NCBI GenBank assembly: GCA_964400725.1
Contig: CAYNVS010000002.1
Span: 7,372 to 71,371 of the forward strand
Direction: 5' to 3'
Length of the DNA stretch: 64,000 nucleotides
DNA from: an uncultured Myxococcales bacterium
GTDB lineage: Bacteria; Myxococcota_A; SURF-8; CAYNVS01
In this document: piece after piece, positions 1 to 10,747 of the stretch
Position numbering within the stretch: position 1 is the first letter of the stretch
How the letters are laid out: each line of letters opens with the position of its first letter
Made by a program: the position numbers and the translations under genes
Notes under the pieces: model-generated
What the model saw: only the letters and a program-made list of their open reading frames with translations
Databases searched by the model: none
What the model was told of the DNA's origin: nothing

Positions 1-2
1 GC

Positions 3-1181
3 GGCCGCTGCGAAGAGGTCTGCCCGCCCTTTTTGGCCAAACAGGACTTCTCCCCGCGCAAGCTCATTCAGTCGCTAAAAAAATCCGTGCTGGAACACGA
101 CGCGGCTTTCCTAAAGGCCAAAGCGCAGCCCGCTAAAAGCGTCGGAGCCGCCGCCGAAGCGCGGATGGAAGAAGAGAAGGAAATCGTCGGCAACGCGTTC
201 GATACGGAATACGTTTGGCTGTGCCGCACTTGTACCGCCTGCATGGAAGTCTGCCCCGGATACATCGAGCATATGGATACAATAGTCGAAATTCGCCGCA
301 ACGAAGTTATTATGCAGGAGCGCATTCCGGCGGAAGCGGCGCGCTCGCTTAAAACGCTGGAGCGCATGGGGAACCCCTTCGGCCCGCAATCCACCCGCAA
401 CGACTGGGTAAAGACGCTCGACGCTAAGATAGTGGAAGAAGGCGATGAAGTTGACGTTCTTTACTGGCCCGGCTGCTGCTCCACCTTCGACCCGACCAAG
501 CAGCGCATCGCAAGCGATTTAATTAAACTGCTGCGCAAGTGCAATATCGACTACGGCATTCTTGGAAGCGAGGAAAGATGCTGCGGCGACCCGGCGAGGC
601 TTATCGGTCAGGAACATCTATTCCAGTCCATCGCCAAAGAGACGGTGGAAAAGCTCAACGCCCGCAAGTTTAAAATTTTCCTCACCAGCTGCCCTCACTG
701 CTACAACGTTTTTAAAAACGAATATCCGCAGTTCGGCGGCAATTACAACGTGGTTCACCACAGCGAATTCATTCACGAAATGATTTGGAGCGGCGATTTG
801 AAGCCTGTAATAGGCGAGCGCAGCAACGTAACCTACCACGATCCGTGCTATTTAGGCCGCTACCAGAAAATATTCGATTCCACCCGCGAAGCGATTAAGG
901 CTATACCGGGCAGCAAGCTAGTCGAGATGGCCAACAACAAGGAAAAGAGCCTTTGCTGCGGCGGAGGCGGCGGCCACTTCTGGATGGACATTAAAAAAGG
1001 CGAGCGCATCAACAACCTGCGCGTTCAGCAGGCAAAGGACGTCGGAGCCGACACAATCGTAACTTCGTGCGCGTACTGCATGCAGATGCTCGACGACAGC
1101 GTTAAAATAATGAACATGGACAACGAGCTGCGCGTAATAGACATCGCGACTCTGGCGCTGCGCAGCCTCGGAGAGAACTAG
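3..1181 (+). CDS. Fe-S oxidoreductase of the GlcF/GlpC/HdrD type (4Fe-4S ferredoxin motifs + two CCG cysteine-rich domains); 5' end cut by window edge
   Basis: Frame 3 is open from nt 3 and reads ...CGRCEEVCP at the edge, then CRTCTACMEVCP (CxxCxxCxxxCP). Two CCG-type motifs follow: WPGCCSTFD...ERCCGDP and DPCYLG...SLCCGGGGG. Stop at 1179-1181. The TTG at 33 in the ORF track is internal to a longer gene. Confidence 0.75.
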   Translation, partial: GRCEEVCPPFLAKQDFSPRKLIQSLKKSVLEHDAAFLKAKAQPAKSVGAAAEARMEEEKEIVGNAFDTEYVWLCRTCTACMEVCPGYIEHMDTIVEIRRNEVIMQERIPAEAARSLKTLERMGNPFGPQSTRNDWVKTLDAKIVEEGDEVDVLYWPGCCSTFDPTKQRIASDLIKLLRKCNIDYGILGSEERCCGDPARLIGQEHLFQSIAKETVEKLNARKFKIFLTSCPHCYNVFKNEYPQFGGNYNVVHHSEFIHEMIWSGDLKPVIGERSNVTYHDPCYLGRYQKIFDSTREAIKAIPGSKLVEMANNKEKSLCCGGGGGHFWMDIKKGERINNLRVQQAKDVGADTIVTSCAYCMQMLDDSVKIMNMDNELRVIDIATLALRSLGEN

Positions 1182-1213
1182 TTAATAAAACTTAACTTTC
1201 GGCTACACCGTAA

Positions 1214-1257
1214 AAGCCGCGACGCGGGAATTGGTTCCGCGCTGCGGCTTTTTTTAT
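1214..1257 (+). terminator. Rho-independent terminator after the Fe-S oxidoreductase gene
   Basis: aagccgcgacgcgg / ccgcgctgcggctt imperfect 14-bp inverted repeat with a 9-nt loop, followed by T7. An A-run precedes it, so it could act bidirectionally. Confidence 0.6.
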
Positions 1258-1515
1258 TTCGGCCAGCCGCGCGGACGCCCCTGCGGGTTATAGCGCTTCT
1301 TGAAAGTCTTTTACGATTTAAATTACTTTTCTCGTCCAATCCCTCAATACGTTTTGCCTTCGGCAAAGCGCTTGTGATGCACGGGAATAACTGCGCAATT
1401 TCAACGAATTATAAAAGCAAAAATCCGTGCGCCCCGCGTAAACGCGCAAGCGTTTGTATCGAGGAACTTTCCTGAAATAAAGGACAAAACTTTTGAAAGC
1501 CGCTATTAGCGATAA

Positions 1516-2460
1516 TTACCGCTTGCCGCGGCGTTTTTTATGATGGTCTATGTAAACGTCGGTATTCTGCCGCATTTTCTTCTGCTCGTCCTTGCGGGCG
1601 AAGGCTTCCTTTGCGGCGTTGAGATAAACTTGAGCTATTTGCGGCTTGGCCGAAACCGACACCGCCTTTTTAAAAATTTCAATCGCCTTTTCGGTCAGTC
1701 CTTTTTCAAGCGCGCACCGTCCGTAAAGAACGAAGGCGGCCGTCCACGCATCTTTCGGAATATTCTCGTTCTTTATCATCGGGTCCAGCGTTTTTTCCGC
1801 CTCGTCGTATCTTTCGGCCATAAAATAGGCGTTGGCCAAATCCAAAGTAACGTCCATATAAAGCGCGTCGTTAGGATAATTGGTGAGAAACTCAAGCGCG
1901 TCGGCCTGCGCGTCGTTGAGCCGGCCGTTGGTCATGGAGCAGCGTATCCCTTCCCGCAGAAGCGCCGGCGTATGCTGGTCTTTGGGGAACGATTTGGCGT
2001 ACCGCTTAATAAAAGGCGCCGCGAGCACGCAGTTTTGCGCAAACTGCGTCAGCATTTCCACAAGGCGTATCTGCGCGTATTTTCCATGCTCGCTTGCAGG
2101 GTGGCGCTCGGCGAGCTTAAAGTAATCCTTCAATCCGTCGTTGAGCTTGCTCAACTTGAGCGTATTAATGTCGCCCGCCGCTTTCAGCGACTTCGTTTCA
2201 ACGTCTTTCGCGTCTTCGGCGCCCGCTCCCGCAATAGCCGCTTCGCTCGCCGCCTTCTCGTATTCGACAATAGCTTTGTCCCACAGCTGCTTCTGTTCGT
2301 ACTTTACGGCTCGGTTGTAAAAACGAACGTATATCGGCGGAGTAAGAAGATAAACAATGGCTCCGGCTACGCCGGCCACGCCCATAATTATGAAAAAAAA
2401 CTTAAGCGACGCCCAAATTTTCCCGCCGAAAAGGTCGTGAACTAGGTTATGAGCCTGCAT
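1516..2460 (-). CDS. Membrane-anchored TPR-repeat protein (hypothetical)
   Basis: 314-aa ORF with an N-terminal hydrophobic segment (FFFIIMGVAGVAGAIVYLL) and TPR-like helical repeats (YAQIRLVEML..., LANAYFMAERYDEAEKTL..., AIEIFKKAV...). The opposite-strand ORF 1540..2445 is an antisense artefact. Confidence 0.55.
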   Translation of the reverse strand: MQAHNLVHDLFGGKIWASLKFFFIIMGVAGVAGAIVYLLTPPIYVRFYNRAVKYEQKQLWDKAIVEYEKAASEAAIAGAGAEDAKDVETKSLKAAGDINTLKLSKLNDGLKDYFKLAERHPASEHGKYAQIRLVEMLTQFAQNCVLAAPFIKRYAKSFPKDQHTPALLREGIRCSMTNGRLNDAQADALEFLTNYPNDALYMDVTLDLANAYFMAERYDEAEKTLDPMIKNENIPKDAWTAAFVLYGRCALEKGLTEKAIEIFKKAVSVSAKPQIAQVYLNAAKEAFARKDEQKKMRQNTDVYIDHHKKRRGKR

Positions 2461-2535
2461 TTTTCTTTATTCATAGCGCCTTTAGAGCGCGGCAAACGTC
2501 TCGCGACCTGCCGAACGTCCTACTAAAACGCAAGT

Positions 2536-5076
2536 TTATTCCTCCGTCTCGCCGCCTTCCGGTTCTGTTTTTGCGGCGGTTTCCAGCTGCGCGCCGTTTT
2601 CCTCGCCCGCTTCAAACTCGCCTTCCGCCGCATTTTCGTCGTCGTCGCGCTCGGCGAGTTTTGCAATCGCCGTTACGCGGTTGTTTTCTTCCAGCGCTAT
2701 CAGCCGTACGCCTTGCGTGTTGCGGCCTATTATGCGCAGTTCCTTCATTTTAAGGCGGATTAGTATTCCCTCGCTTGTGATTATCATCAGGTGGTCGTCG
2801 TCGGAGACCTGCTTTATGCCGCGGATGGTTCCGGTTTTCTCGGTAACTTTAAGCGTGATGACGCCGAGGCCGCCGCGAGTCTGCACTCTGTATTCGTCCA
2901 GTTCGGTGCGTTTGCCGTAACCTTTTTCGGTAACGGTCAGAACGCTGGCTCCCTGCTGCAGAACTTCCATTCCGATTACTTCGTCCCCTTCGCGCAGCTC
3001 GATTCCTTTAACTCCGCGCGTCGCTCTGCCGATAGCTCTGACGTCGCTGTCCTTGAACCTTATGCTCATGCCGTTCTTGGTGGCAAGCAGTATCTCGGCG
3101 TTGCCGTCGGAGAGCCTTACGTCGATAAGCTCGTCCCCTTCGTCCAGCACGACCGCGACGATTCCCTTGCTGCGCGCGTTCTCGAACTGGGTTATTTCCG
3201 TCTTCTTAATGGTTCCCTGCCGCGTCGCGAAAATAAGATACCGGTCGGGCTTGAATTCTCTGATCGGCACGATTGCCGCTACGGTCTCGCCTTCCTCCAT
3301 CTTCAACAGGTTGACGATGGCTTTTCCTTTTGTGGCGCGCCCTCCCTGCGGTATGTCGAATACCCGCAGAGCGTAACACTGCCCCTTTCCGCTGAAGACC
3401 AGCACCATATCGTGCGTGCTTGCGACGAACAAATCGGTTACGATGTCGTCTTCTTTGGTCGCCATACCGGTCTTTCCTCGCCCTCCGCGTCGCTGCGCGC
3501 GGTACAGGCTCACCGCGTTGCGCTTGATGTAGCCGGTGTGAGACACGGTTACCACGACGTCCTCTTCTACGATTAGGTCTTCGAGGCTGAATTCCTTCGT
3601 TTCCGAAACGATTTCAGTGCGGCGCGGGTTGTCGAACTCGTTCTTAACGTCGATAAGCTCCCGCTCTATCACTTCCATTAATTTAATCTCGCTAGCGAGA
3701 ATTTCCTCAAGGCGCAGGATGAGAGCGCGCACGTCGGCGAGTTCCGCCTCTATTTTGTCGCGCTCTAAGCCGGTTAAGCGCTGAAGTCTAAGGTCGAGTA
3801 TCGCCTGCGCCTGCCGCTCCGAAAGAGAAAATCGGGTTATGAGTCCTTCCTTGGCTTCCGGCGGCGTTTTTGACGAGCGGATTATTTCGATGACTTCGTC
3901 GATGTTGTCGATGGCTATTTTAAGGCCGATTAAAATATGCTCGCGCTCGCGCGCCGCCTTCAGATCGAACTGCGTGCGTCTGGTTACAACCACGCGGCGG
4001 TGTTCTATAAAGTGCTGCAAAACCTGTTTTAAATTAAGCACTTTCGGCTGGCCGCCGACGATGGCCAGCATTATAATGCCGAAGCTTGTCTGCATCGGCG
4101 TCAGCTTGTAAAGCTGGTTGATAATAACCTGCGGCGTCGCGTCGCGCTTCAGCTCCATCACTATTCGCATACCGTCGCGGTCTGACTCGTCTCTAAGCTC
4201 CGAAATTCCTTCTATTTTCTTTTCTTTTATCAATTCGGCTATTTTTTCGATTAACCGCGTCTTATTGAGCTGATAAGGGATTTCGGTTACTACAATCGAC
4301 TCTCTTCCGCTGCGCTTGTCGCGCTCTATCATCGCTTTGCTGCGAATTTGCAGGCTTCCGCGGCCGGTTCGGTACGCCTCGCGGATTCCTTCGTCGCCGT
4401 AAATAATTGCGCCCGTCGGAAAGTCCGGCCCCTTTACATGCTCCATCAGCTCTTCGATTTCCGCGTTCGGGTTGCGGATGAGACTGACGGTCGCGTCGAT
4501 TACTTCGCCGAGGTTGTGCGGCGGTATGTTTGTGGCCATTCCAACGGCTATTCCGGCGCTGCCGTTCACCAGAAGGTTGGGTATGCGCGTCGGCAGAACG
4601 AGCGGCTCTTCGAGTGTGTTGTCGTAGTTAGGCCCCCAATCGACGGTGTCTTTTTCCAAATCGTTCAACAACGCGGTAGAAACTTTTGCGAGCCTTACCT
4701 CCGTGTAACGCATGGCGGCGGCCGGATCTCCGTCCACCGATCCGAAGTTTCCCTGCCCGTTGACCAGCGGGTAACGCATTGAGAAGGGTTGAACGAGGCG
4801 GACGATTGTGTCGTAAACCGCGCTGTCGCCGTGCGGGTGATATTTACCTATTACGTCTCCGACGATTCTGGCGCTTTTACGGAAAGGCTGGTTGTAAAAG
4901 TTCTTTCCTTCGTGCATGGCGTAAAGGCAGCGCCTATGAACCGGTTTAAGTCCGTCGCGGACGTCCGGCAGCGCGCGGCCTATAATGACCGACATGGCGT
5001 ATTCCATGTAGCTGGTCTTCATCTCCTCTTCGATGGACACCTTAATCTTGTGCTGCTGATCCATGGGGTTCATCAA
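2536..5076 (-). CDS. gyrA: DNA gyrase subunit A
   Basis: 846 aa. N-terminus matches GyrA closely ([34 protein letters not shown], active-site region AAAMRYTE). C-terminal beta-pinwheel repeats and an acidic tail are present. Confidence 0.97.
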   Translation of the reverse strand: MMNPMDQQHKIKVSIEEEMKTSYMEYAMSVIIGRALPDVRDGLKPVHRRCLYAMHEGKNFYNQPFRKSARIVGDVIGKYHPHGDSAVYDTIVRLVQPFSMRYPLVNGQGNFGSVDGDPAAAMRYTEVRLAKVSTALLNDLEKDTVDWGPNYDNTLEEPLVLPTRIPNLLVNGSAGIAVGMATNIPPHNLGEVIDATVSLIRNPNAEIEELMEHVKGPDFPTGAIIYGDEGIREAYRTGRGSLQIRSKAMIERDKRSGRESIVVTEIPYQLNKTRLIEKIAELIKEKKIEGISELRDESDRDGMRIVMELKRDATPQVIINQLYKLTPMQTSFGIIMLAIVGGQPKVLNLKQVLQHFIEHRRVVVTRRTQFDLKAAREREHILIGLKIAIDNIDEVIEIIRSSKTPPEAKEGLITRFSLSERQAQAILDLRLQRLTGLERDKIEAELADVRALILRLEEILASEIKLMEVIERELIDVKNEFDNPRRTEIVSETKEFSLEDLIVEEDVVVTVSHTGYIKRNAVSLYRAQRRGGRGKTGMATKEDDIVTDLFVASTHDMVLVFSGKGQCYALRVFDIPQGGRATKGKAIVNLLKMEEGETVAAIVPIREFKPDRYLIFATRQGTIKKTEITQFENARSKGIVAVVLDEGDELIDVRLSDGNAEILLATKNGMSIRFKDSDVRAIGRATRGVKGIELREGDEVIGMEVLQQGASVLTVTEKGYGKRTELDEYRVQTRGGLGVITLKVTEKTGTIRGIKQVSDDDHLMIITSEGILIRLKMKELRIIGRNTQGVRLIALEENNRVTAIAKLAERDDDENAAEGEFEAGEENGAQLETAAKTEPEGGETEE

Positions 5077-5284
5077 TAATTTCCTTCCGTTTTGAGCTTA
5101 AAAGTAGTAAATTTTAAATCTCTCATACATAATAATATAAACTGGTATAAATTACTTATGACCAGAAAATAAGTCAAACCAAATTCCGGCCCGACTTGTT
5201 CCAATCCGCAGCCTCGGTTTTAATTTTCTTGACGCTTCCGCCCGCTCAACGTAAAATTATACTTCAGAAGTATCGGAGGAAAGT

Positions 5285-7702
5285 ATGATTAAATGCCCAA
5301 AATGCAATTCGATGAATTTAGACTTCATGCTGTCGTGCTCGACTTGCGGACAGCGGCTGTGGGCTGCGTGCTCGAATTGCAAAGCTCTTATGCCGCACGA
5401 GGCAAAATTCTGCGGCTCCTGCGGAAGACGCAGGAAAGAAGAGGAAGCGCTGCAAACGGAGCGCGTTTCGCTCGCCAGCGCGGTAATAGAGCCTGAAGAA
5501 TGGTTCAAAGGGCGGAAAAATATTTTAGCAAAGCTCCCCGCGGCGCTGGAAGAAGCCGCGAACGGAGAGGGAAGGGCGGTTTTTATCCAGGGGCCTGCGG
5601 GCTGCGGAAAATCGGCCATTATAAGACAGTTTGAAAACTTCGCGAGGGATAACGGCTTTAAAGTAATTTCGGCCAAATGCACGGTAACAACCCGCAACAT
5701 CGTGTTTTATCCGCTGTTGGAGGTCGTCCGCCAAATTGCGGGCATAAACAACGAGGACGACAAAAATCAAATCGGCCTTAAAATGTCCGGTTTGGTAAAA
5801 TACGGATTGACTCAGGACGAAATATCGGTTTTGGCGCAGTATTTCGGCGTCGAATATTCGGTAGCCTCGTTCGCCGCAAGCGAGCGGGAGCATTCGGTTT
5901 CTTCCTTCTTCTACTGCGTCGTCAGGCTTACGCGCAATCTGGCGATGAAAACGCCGACGGTAATAATTATCGACGACTTGCAGCACATAGACGCGTTGAC
6001 GCGCAAACTTTTGGCTCCGATAATCAGCGTCATAAAAGGAATGAGAGCGCTTCTAATGCTCGGCTCGCGAGAGCTTGCCCAGACGGAACCGGAGGAAAAG
6101 CACGTCTATTACATAAAAGCTCCCAGCCTTGAGGCGCGCGAGCTGCTGCGCATGATTGAGGAGCGTCTGAAAGTCGAAACGCTGCCCAAGGAAATAGCGC
6201 AGGAGTTGTTTATGAGCAGCGAAGGAAACCCCGGTTTCGCCGCTCAGCTTATAAATTATTTGTTCGAGGCCGGAATTGCGGTAAGAGACGGAGGAACCCT
6301 CAGGCTCGATCCGCAGAACGCAAACGCGAAACGCCCCGCCACGTTCGAGGCTCTTCTGAAGGCGAGGCTGGAGCTGCTCAGCGGCAGCCAGAAAGAGCTC
6401 TTAATGCTGGCGTCAATACTGGGCGACGAATCGACGCCGGAAAATCTGCATATGCTTTTCCGCCATAAAAACGTTTTCCGCGACGACTGCGAGGCGCTCG
6501 TTGCAAAAGGCTTTATAGAAAGACGCGGCGAGGAGGGACGCGAAAGGCTGGTAATAAAAGAAAGCGTTGTGGCGCAGATACTCGACGCGTTCATATCAAG
6601 CGAAGTGCGCCAGTCGCTCGAACCTGTGGTGGGCAAAATTATACAGGAAAAAGGCGCCTATATTAAATGGACTAAAGATTTCATGGTCGCCTATCATATG
6701 TCTTATCTTCCGCCGACCGCGACCGAATCCGTCTATACGATAGAGCGGCTCGCGTGGGCTATGCTCGACGCGCGCCAGTCTGGCTTGGCCATTTCCGCCT
6801 TTCAAACGGCCTCGCAGATATTAAGATCCATAATTCAAAAACGCCCCAAAGGGAGCGAAGAAGCGGCGGTGATGGAGCAAAAACTCGCGCACGCGCTTTT
6901 AGGTTTGGGCAAGGCTTACTTGGATTTCGGCAACTCCGAAAACGTTATGAAGACGCTGGAACTTTCGCTAAAGCTCGCCCGCAAAGGAAATTTCCATTTC
7001 CTCGCTCTGGACGTAATAGCGAGGCAGCTTGACTTGATGAAAAACGAAAAACGCTTTTCGGAGGCGCACGCGGTCGCCGACGTCGCGATACAAATCGCCA
7101 AAGGGGTTAAATTCAACCCCGGCGTAGCCCGAATGTACTTCCTGAAAGGGCAGCTTTACGAAAGCGAAGGGAAGGAGGATATTGCGATAGGAATGTACAG
7201 CGAGGCTTTGCGCATCGCGGAGCAAAAGAAAATCCGAATACGCGCCGACGATTCGTTCGCTCATAAGGCGGCGCTCGCCATCGCCTCCATCATGCTGCGC
7301 AGGGAAATGTCCGCTTCCGCCGACGAGGCGAAAACGTATTTGGGCAAGGCGCTCGACTACATTTTCATCAGCCGCGACATCAACGCGCTTCAAGGCTTGA
7401 TGGACTTGTACGGCCGCTATTACTACGAGAAAAAAGACAACGCCAGCGCCATAAAGTATTGCGACATCGCGCTGAAAGTCGCGCGCGCAAGGCTTGATTA
7501 CCGCGACATGGCGAGACTCTCTTACACGATGGGTTATTACTACGGCCTGCTGGGCAAGGACGAAGAATCGGAGTTGTATTTCGGAGAAAGCCTTTCGATG
7601 GCGATTCAGTGCAACTGGCCGGCCGGAATCGAAACGGCGCAGAAGGCTCTGCGCAGATTAAAGTCGAAGCGGAACATAAGCGCTTCGTTTAAGAACTCTT
7701 AA
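5285..7702 (+). CDS. STAND-like NTPase: N-terminal double zinc ribbon + AAA_16-type P-loop ATPase + C-terminal TPR repeats
   Basis: N-terminus has CPKC...CSTC...CSNC...CGSC (two zinc ribbons). Walker A GPAGCGKSAI and Walker B VIIIDDLQH are present. The C-terminal ~300 aa is TPR/helical-repeat rich. A GGAGG RBS lies 9 nt upstream of the ATG at 5285. Confidence 0.7.
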   Translation: MIKCPKCNSMNLDFMLSCSTCGQRLWAACSNCKALMPHEAKFCGSCGRRRKEEEALQTERVSLASAVIEPEEWFKGRKNILAKLPAALEEAANGEGRAVFIQGPAGCGKSAIIRQFENFARDNGFKVISAKCTVTTRNIVFYPLLEVVRQIAGINNEDDKNQIGLKMSGLVKYGLTQDEISVLAQYFGVEYSVASFAASEREHSVSSFFYCVVRLTRNLAMKTPTVIIIDDLQHIDALTRKLLAPIISVIKGMRALLMLGSRELAQTEPEEKHVYYIKAPSLEARELLRMIEERLKVETLPKEIAQELFMSSEGNPGFAAQLINYLFEAGIAVRDGGTLRLDPQNANAKRPATFEALLKARLELLSGSQKELLMLASILGDESTPENLHMLFRHKNVFRDDCEALVAKGFIERRGEEGRERLVIKESVVAQILDAFISSEVRQSLEPVVGKIIQEKGAYIKWTKDFMVAYHMSYLPPTATESVYTIERLAWAMLDARQSGLAISAFQTASQILRSIIQKRPKGSEEAAVMEQKLAHALLGLGKAYLDFGNSENVMKTLELSLKLARKGNFHFLALDVIARQLDLMKNEKRFSEAHAVADVAIQIAKGVKFNPGVARMYFLKGQLYESEGKEDIAIGMYSEALRIAEQKKIRIRADDSFAHKAALAIASIMLRREMSASADEAKTYLGKALDYIFISRDINALQGLMDLYGRYYYEKKDNASAIKYCDIALKVARARLDYRDMARLSYTMGYYYGLLGKDEESELYFGESLSMAIQCNWPAGIETAQKALRRLKSKRNISASFKNS

Positions 7703-7707
7703 CCCTT

Positions 7708-8319
7708 ATGCCGTTTAACGCAGCGAGCGCCGGGGATAACGCGGGCAAAGGCTCGCGCGCGCCTTTACTCAACCGCAGACGCCTGATAATAGCCGCGGCG
7801 GCCGGGTGCGTCGCGCTGGCCGCGCTAATCGCATATCTGGCGCTGCGCGAAACGAAAGCCGATCGTTTTTTAAAATGGATTGAGAAAACGGCGGCGGTCC
7901 TGCCGCAGGTTTCGCACGACGATTATTTGAAGTTTACGGTTTTCCCCGAAAAGGAATTCGCGCTTTATTACAACGCCGTCTCGTACGTTCTGAAGCCGAA
8001 CGACTTTAAAGCGTATCTCGAACGAGCCCGCGACGTACGCAAATACTTGGCCGGCGCAAAAATTACCGTCGTCGCATCCGACGTAACCGTCGAGCCCAGA
8101 CCCTGCGGCGCGGAGGCCGTCGCAAAGGTTCTGATAAAATGGGTTCCGGCCGACAAAGCGGAAATCCCAATTGAATATCAAACGCTGGGCGTCGAAATAG
8201 AGGGAAGCGAAACCGCGGACGGATGGAAGGCGTATTCGGTAAAGGTTTACACTACGAGCGAAGTAATGAACCTCATGAAATCCCGCGCTTTCGAGCTGCT
8301 GCGTAGAAAGGAGCCGTAA
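7708..8319 (+). CDS. Hypothetical membrane-anchored protein (N-terminal TM helix, possible NTF2/SnoaL-like periplasmic domain)
   Basis: 203-aa ORF starting 6 nt after the previous stop. TM segment LIIAAAAGCVALAALIAYLAL. No recognisable catalytic motifs. Followed 6 nt later by the next gene, so likely co-transcribed. Confidence 0.45.
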   Translation: MPFNAASAGDNAGKGSRAPLLNRRRLIIAAAAGCVALAALIAYLALRETKADRFLKWIEKTAAVLPQVSHDDYLKFTVFPEKEFALYYNAVSYVLKPNDFKAYLERARDVRKYLAGAKITVVASDVTVEPRPCGAEAVAKVLIKWVPADKAEIPIEYQTLGVEIEGSETADGWKAYSVKVYTTSEVMNLMKSRAFELLRRKEP

Positions 8320-8325
8320 TCCTGA

Positions 8326-9498
8326 ATGGATTCGGAAGCTAAGGGACGCCGCGAAAAAATATGGATAGACTGGGACATAATCGAGGTCATGGTAAGCGGC
8401 AAGAGCGCCATAGACCTTCCGCGTCTGCACGTTGACACCGAAGAGAAGGCAAAGGCTTTCGCGAAGGCTTACGGCTTCGACTTGGACGACCCGGAACAAA
8501 AGGACGAAGCGGAAAAAATACTGGCAAAAGCCAAAGATTTCGCTAAAAATACGCTCGCCGCGGACCCCGAATTTAAATCGCCGCCGCTGGTAATGCCCAA
8601 GTCGATAGAAGACGAAACCGATCTCGTAAAACTGATGATAATGGCTTCGGTGCGCAGCGATTACGAATCGCTTTGGGCGTGCGCCGCTCTGAAGCTGTGC
8701 CACACCATAACCCACATCGACAACCATTTTTCCTCGTTTTGGTTCCCGATAATTCAGGAGCAGATTACCGACAACTTCGAGAGGCGCATATTCACGGCGC
8801 CCAACGGCTTCAAATACCTCGGAACGTCGGAGCGCGGCATTCGGCTTTACGACTTTGAAGTGAAAAGCAAAAAGCCGTTTGAAAGCACCGCGCTTAAACT
8901 GCTGCACAAAGCCGACAGCGCCACCGCCGACATCTTCGATAGAATCGGAGTGCGCTTCGTTACCTACACTAAACTCGACGCAATGCTGGCTATTAAATAC
9001 CTGATAGACCGCAACATTGTGGTATTTCCGAACGTTAAGGCGAGCCGCAGCCGCAACACGCTGCTTAACATGGATTACGTAAAGAGCGAGCTTGACAAAT
9101 TCGTTCCGCTTTACAACAACGATGCGATAACGCTTCAGGAGTTGATGAATTTGGCGCACCTCACCAGCGAGGCGGAACAGGCTAAGGTTAAAATCAAGGA
9201 AGTCGATTTGCGCGAGCGGAACGCCTTTTCGAGCGCGTCTTATTCTTCGATGCAGTTCACCGTCAGGCAGCTGATTACGGCCAAACTTCCCGGAGCCGAC
9301 GACCCCGGCTTGGACGAAGAAGCCAGAAAACAGAAAATCTTTCGTTTCTATTTCCCTTACGAAATACAAATACTCGACCGCGAATCGTACATCGAAAGCC
9401 GCAAGGGTCGCGCAAGCCACGAGGAATACAAACGCCAGCAGCTAATCGCCGCCCGCAAGCGCGTCTTCGGCGCTTTGCTTAACGGCGGACGCAGGTAA
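8326..9498 (+). CDS. Hypothetical protein with a divergent RelA/SpoT (RSH) synthetase-like nucleotidyltransferase core
   Basis: 390 aa with an AAGGAG RBS. The core shows an RSH-like motif order: EVKSKKPFES (cf. RVKxxxS), DRIGVRFVTYTKLD (cf. DIAGIRII...D), KASRSRNTLLNMDY, then MQFTVRQL (cf. EVQIRT, but lacking the Glu). Fold assignment is by eye only. Confidence 0.5.
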   Translation: MDSEAKGRREKIWIDWDIIEVMVSGKSAIDLPRLHVDTEEKAKAFAKAYGFDLDDPEQKDEAEKILAKAKDFAKNTLAADPEFKSPPLVMPKSIEDETDLVKLMIMASVRSDYESLWACAALKLCHTITHIDNHFSSFWFPIIQEQITDNFERRIFTAPNGFKYLGTSERGIRLYDFEVKSKKPFESTALKLLHKADSATADIFDRIGVRFVTYTKLDAMLAIKYLIDRNIVVFPNVKASRSRNTLLNMDYVKSELDKFVPLYNNDAITLQELMNLAHLTSEAEQAKVKIKEVDLRERNAFSSASYSSMQFTVRQLITAKLPGADDPGLDEEARKQKIFRFYFPYEIQILDRESYIESRKGRASHEEYKRQQLIAARKRVFGALLNGGRR

Positions 9499-9654
9499 AA
9501 CCGCCCGGCCGCGTCGCCGCGGGCGTAAAATTTCATAAAAAATCGCGCGGGTTTTTAACTTTTCGGCTTTCCCGTTTGTCGTACGTTCGTAAAAACGATT
9601 CGTTTTTTAAAATTAACGATTTATCCGAAGTCGATTGTCGAAAGGAGTTATATA

Positions 9655-10689
9655 ATGAGAAGACACGCTTTAACGGTCGCTTTGGCGGCGGCATTGATTA
9701 TCGCGGGAATATGCGGCGCGGCAAGCGCGGGCGACAAAGAAAAAAAGGGGCCTAAGTTCGACGGCAAGCGCGGCGGCCCCCGCATGCAAATGATGGAAGG
9801 GATGAGCGGCGGCATGGGAATGGGAGCGCCGGGCGCGATGGACATCGAGTTCGGTTTGTGGCGCGCCGACAAACTTTCAGACGCCGTGGACGAGGCGATG
9901 GGGCTTGAAATATACGGAGCCCTCAATTTGGACGCGAAGCAAAAGGCGCAGCTTAAGGAGCAAATCGAAAAGGTTAAGAAAATAAGAGAGAAAGCGAAGA
10001 GTCTGCTTAACGAATACGAAGGGAAACTTCTGCCGCTTGTAAACGACGCCAAGAGCGAAATTAAAGCGACCGGAATGGAATCGGACAAAACCCGCGGCGA
10101 AATGGACAAACTTGTCCGCGCTTACAGAGACGCCGTAAAGCCTCTGCGAGAGGAATCGTTCGACGCCATGAAAAAAATTCACGACGTTTTTAAAAAAGAG
10201 CAGATTGACAAACTTTGGCGGATTAAGCCTCTTTGGGCAAAAGTGTCGCCCGACGCGAACGAAATGGAAGTCCATCCGGTCGCGCTCGCCTTCTTAGACA
10301 GGCTCCGCATAATGCCCGGCTCCAAGCTCGACCAGATAAAAGGCAAAATCAAGGACAGAATGGAGAAGCCCGGCTTTCCGCTGACGAAAAAACAAAGCGA
10401 CGACTTCTTCGCCATGGTTGATAAGATTCGCGCCCTTTCTTCCGACGAATACGAATCGCAGCGCGAAACGCTCGCATCCGGTCTCGACCCCGCGATAGTG
10501 CTTCTGGTCAATAAGCGCCATCACGGCGCGGGCGGAGGCATGGGGCCGGATAAAATTTCTAAGAGCGACGGAGACGAAGGCCCGGACAAGGACGACGAAG
10601 CCGACCCTCCCCCGTTCGTCAAGCACATGGCCATGAAACACTTCCTTCACGTCATCACCGGCGATTACTTCTATTCCCTCATAAAGTAA
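9655..10689 (+). CDS. Secreted periplasmic coiled-coil protein, possibly Spy/CpxP-like (LTxxQ motif)
   Basis: AAGGAG RBS. Signal peptide MRRHALTVALAAALIIAGICGAASA. Gly/Met-rich low-complexity stretch, coiled-coil region and LTKKQSDDFF motif. Followed by a clear terminator. Confidence 0.55.
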   Translation: MRRHALTVALAAALIIAGICGAASAGDKEKKGPKFDGKRGGPRMQMMEGMSGGMGMGAPGAMDIEFGLWRADKLSDAVDEAMGLEIYGALNLDAKQKAQLKEQIEKVKKIREKAKSLLNEYEGKLLPLVNDAKSEIKATGMESDKTRGEMDKLVRAYRDAVKPLREESFDAMKKIHDVFKKEQIDKLWRIKPLWAKVSPDANEMEVHPVALAFLDRLRIMPGSKLDQIKGKIKDRMEKPGFPLTKKQSDDFFAMVDKIRALSSDEYESQRETLASGLDPAIVLLVNKRHHGAGGGMGPDKISKSDGDEGPDKDDEADPPPFVKHMAMKHFLHVITGDYFYSLIK

Positions 10690-10747
10690 TCCGACAAATC
10701 CCTATAGCGGTAAACCCTCCTCTCAAACCTGTTCAACCCTGCACTCG

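Noticed and set aside
1540-2445. 301-aa plus-strand ORF inside the TPR protein gene
   Set aside because: Fully antisense to the 1516..2460 gene. Arg-rich nonsense-like composition. No start context.
7870-9420. 516-aa minus-strand ORF (and 7968..8156, 8247..8438) overlapping two plus-strand genes
   Set aside because: Antisense to well-supported plus-strand genes with RBSs. Arg/Val/Phe-rich low-complexity translation typical of spurious antisense ORFs in high-GC DNA. No motifs.
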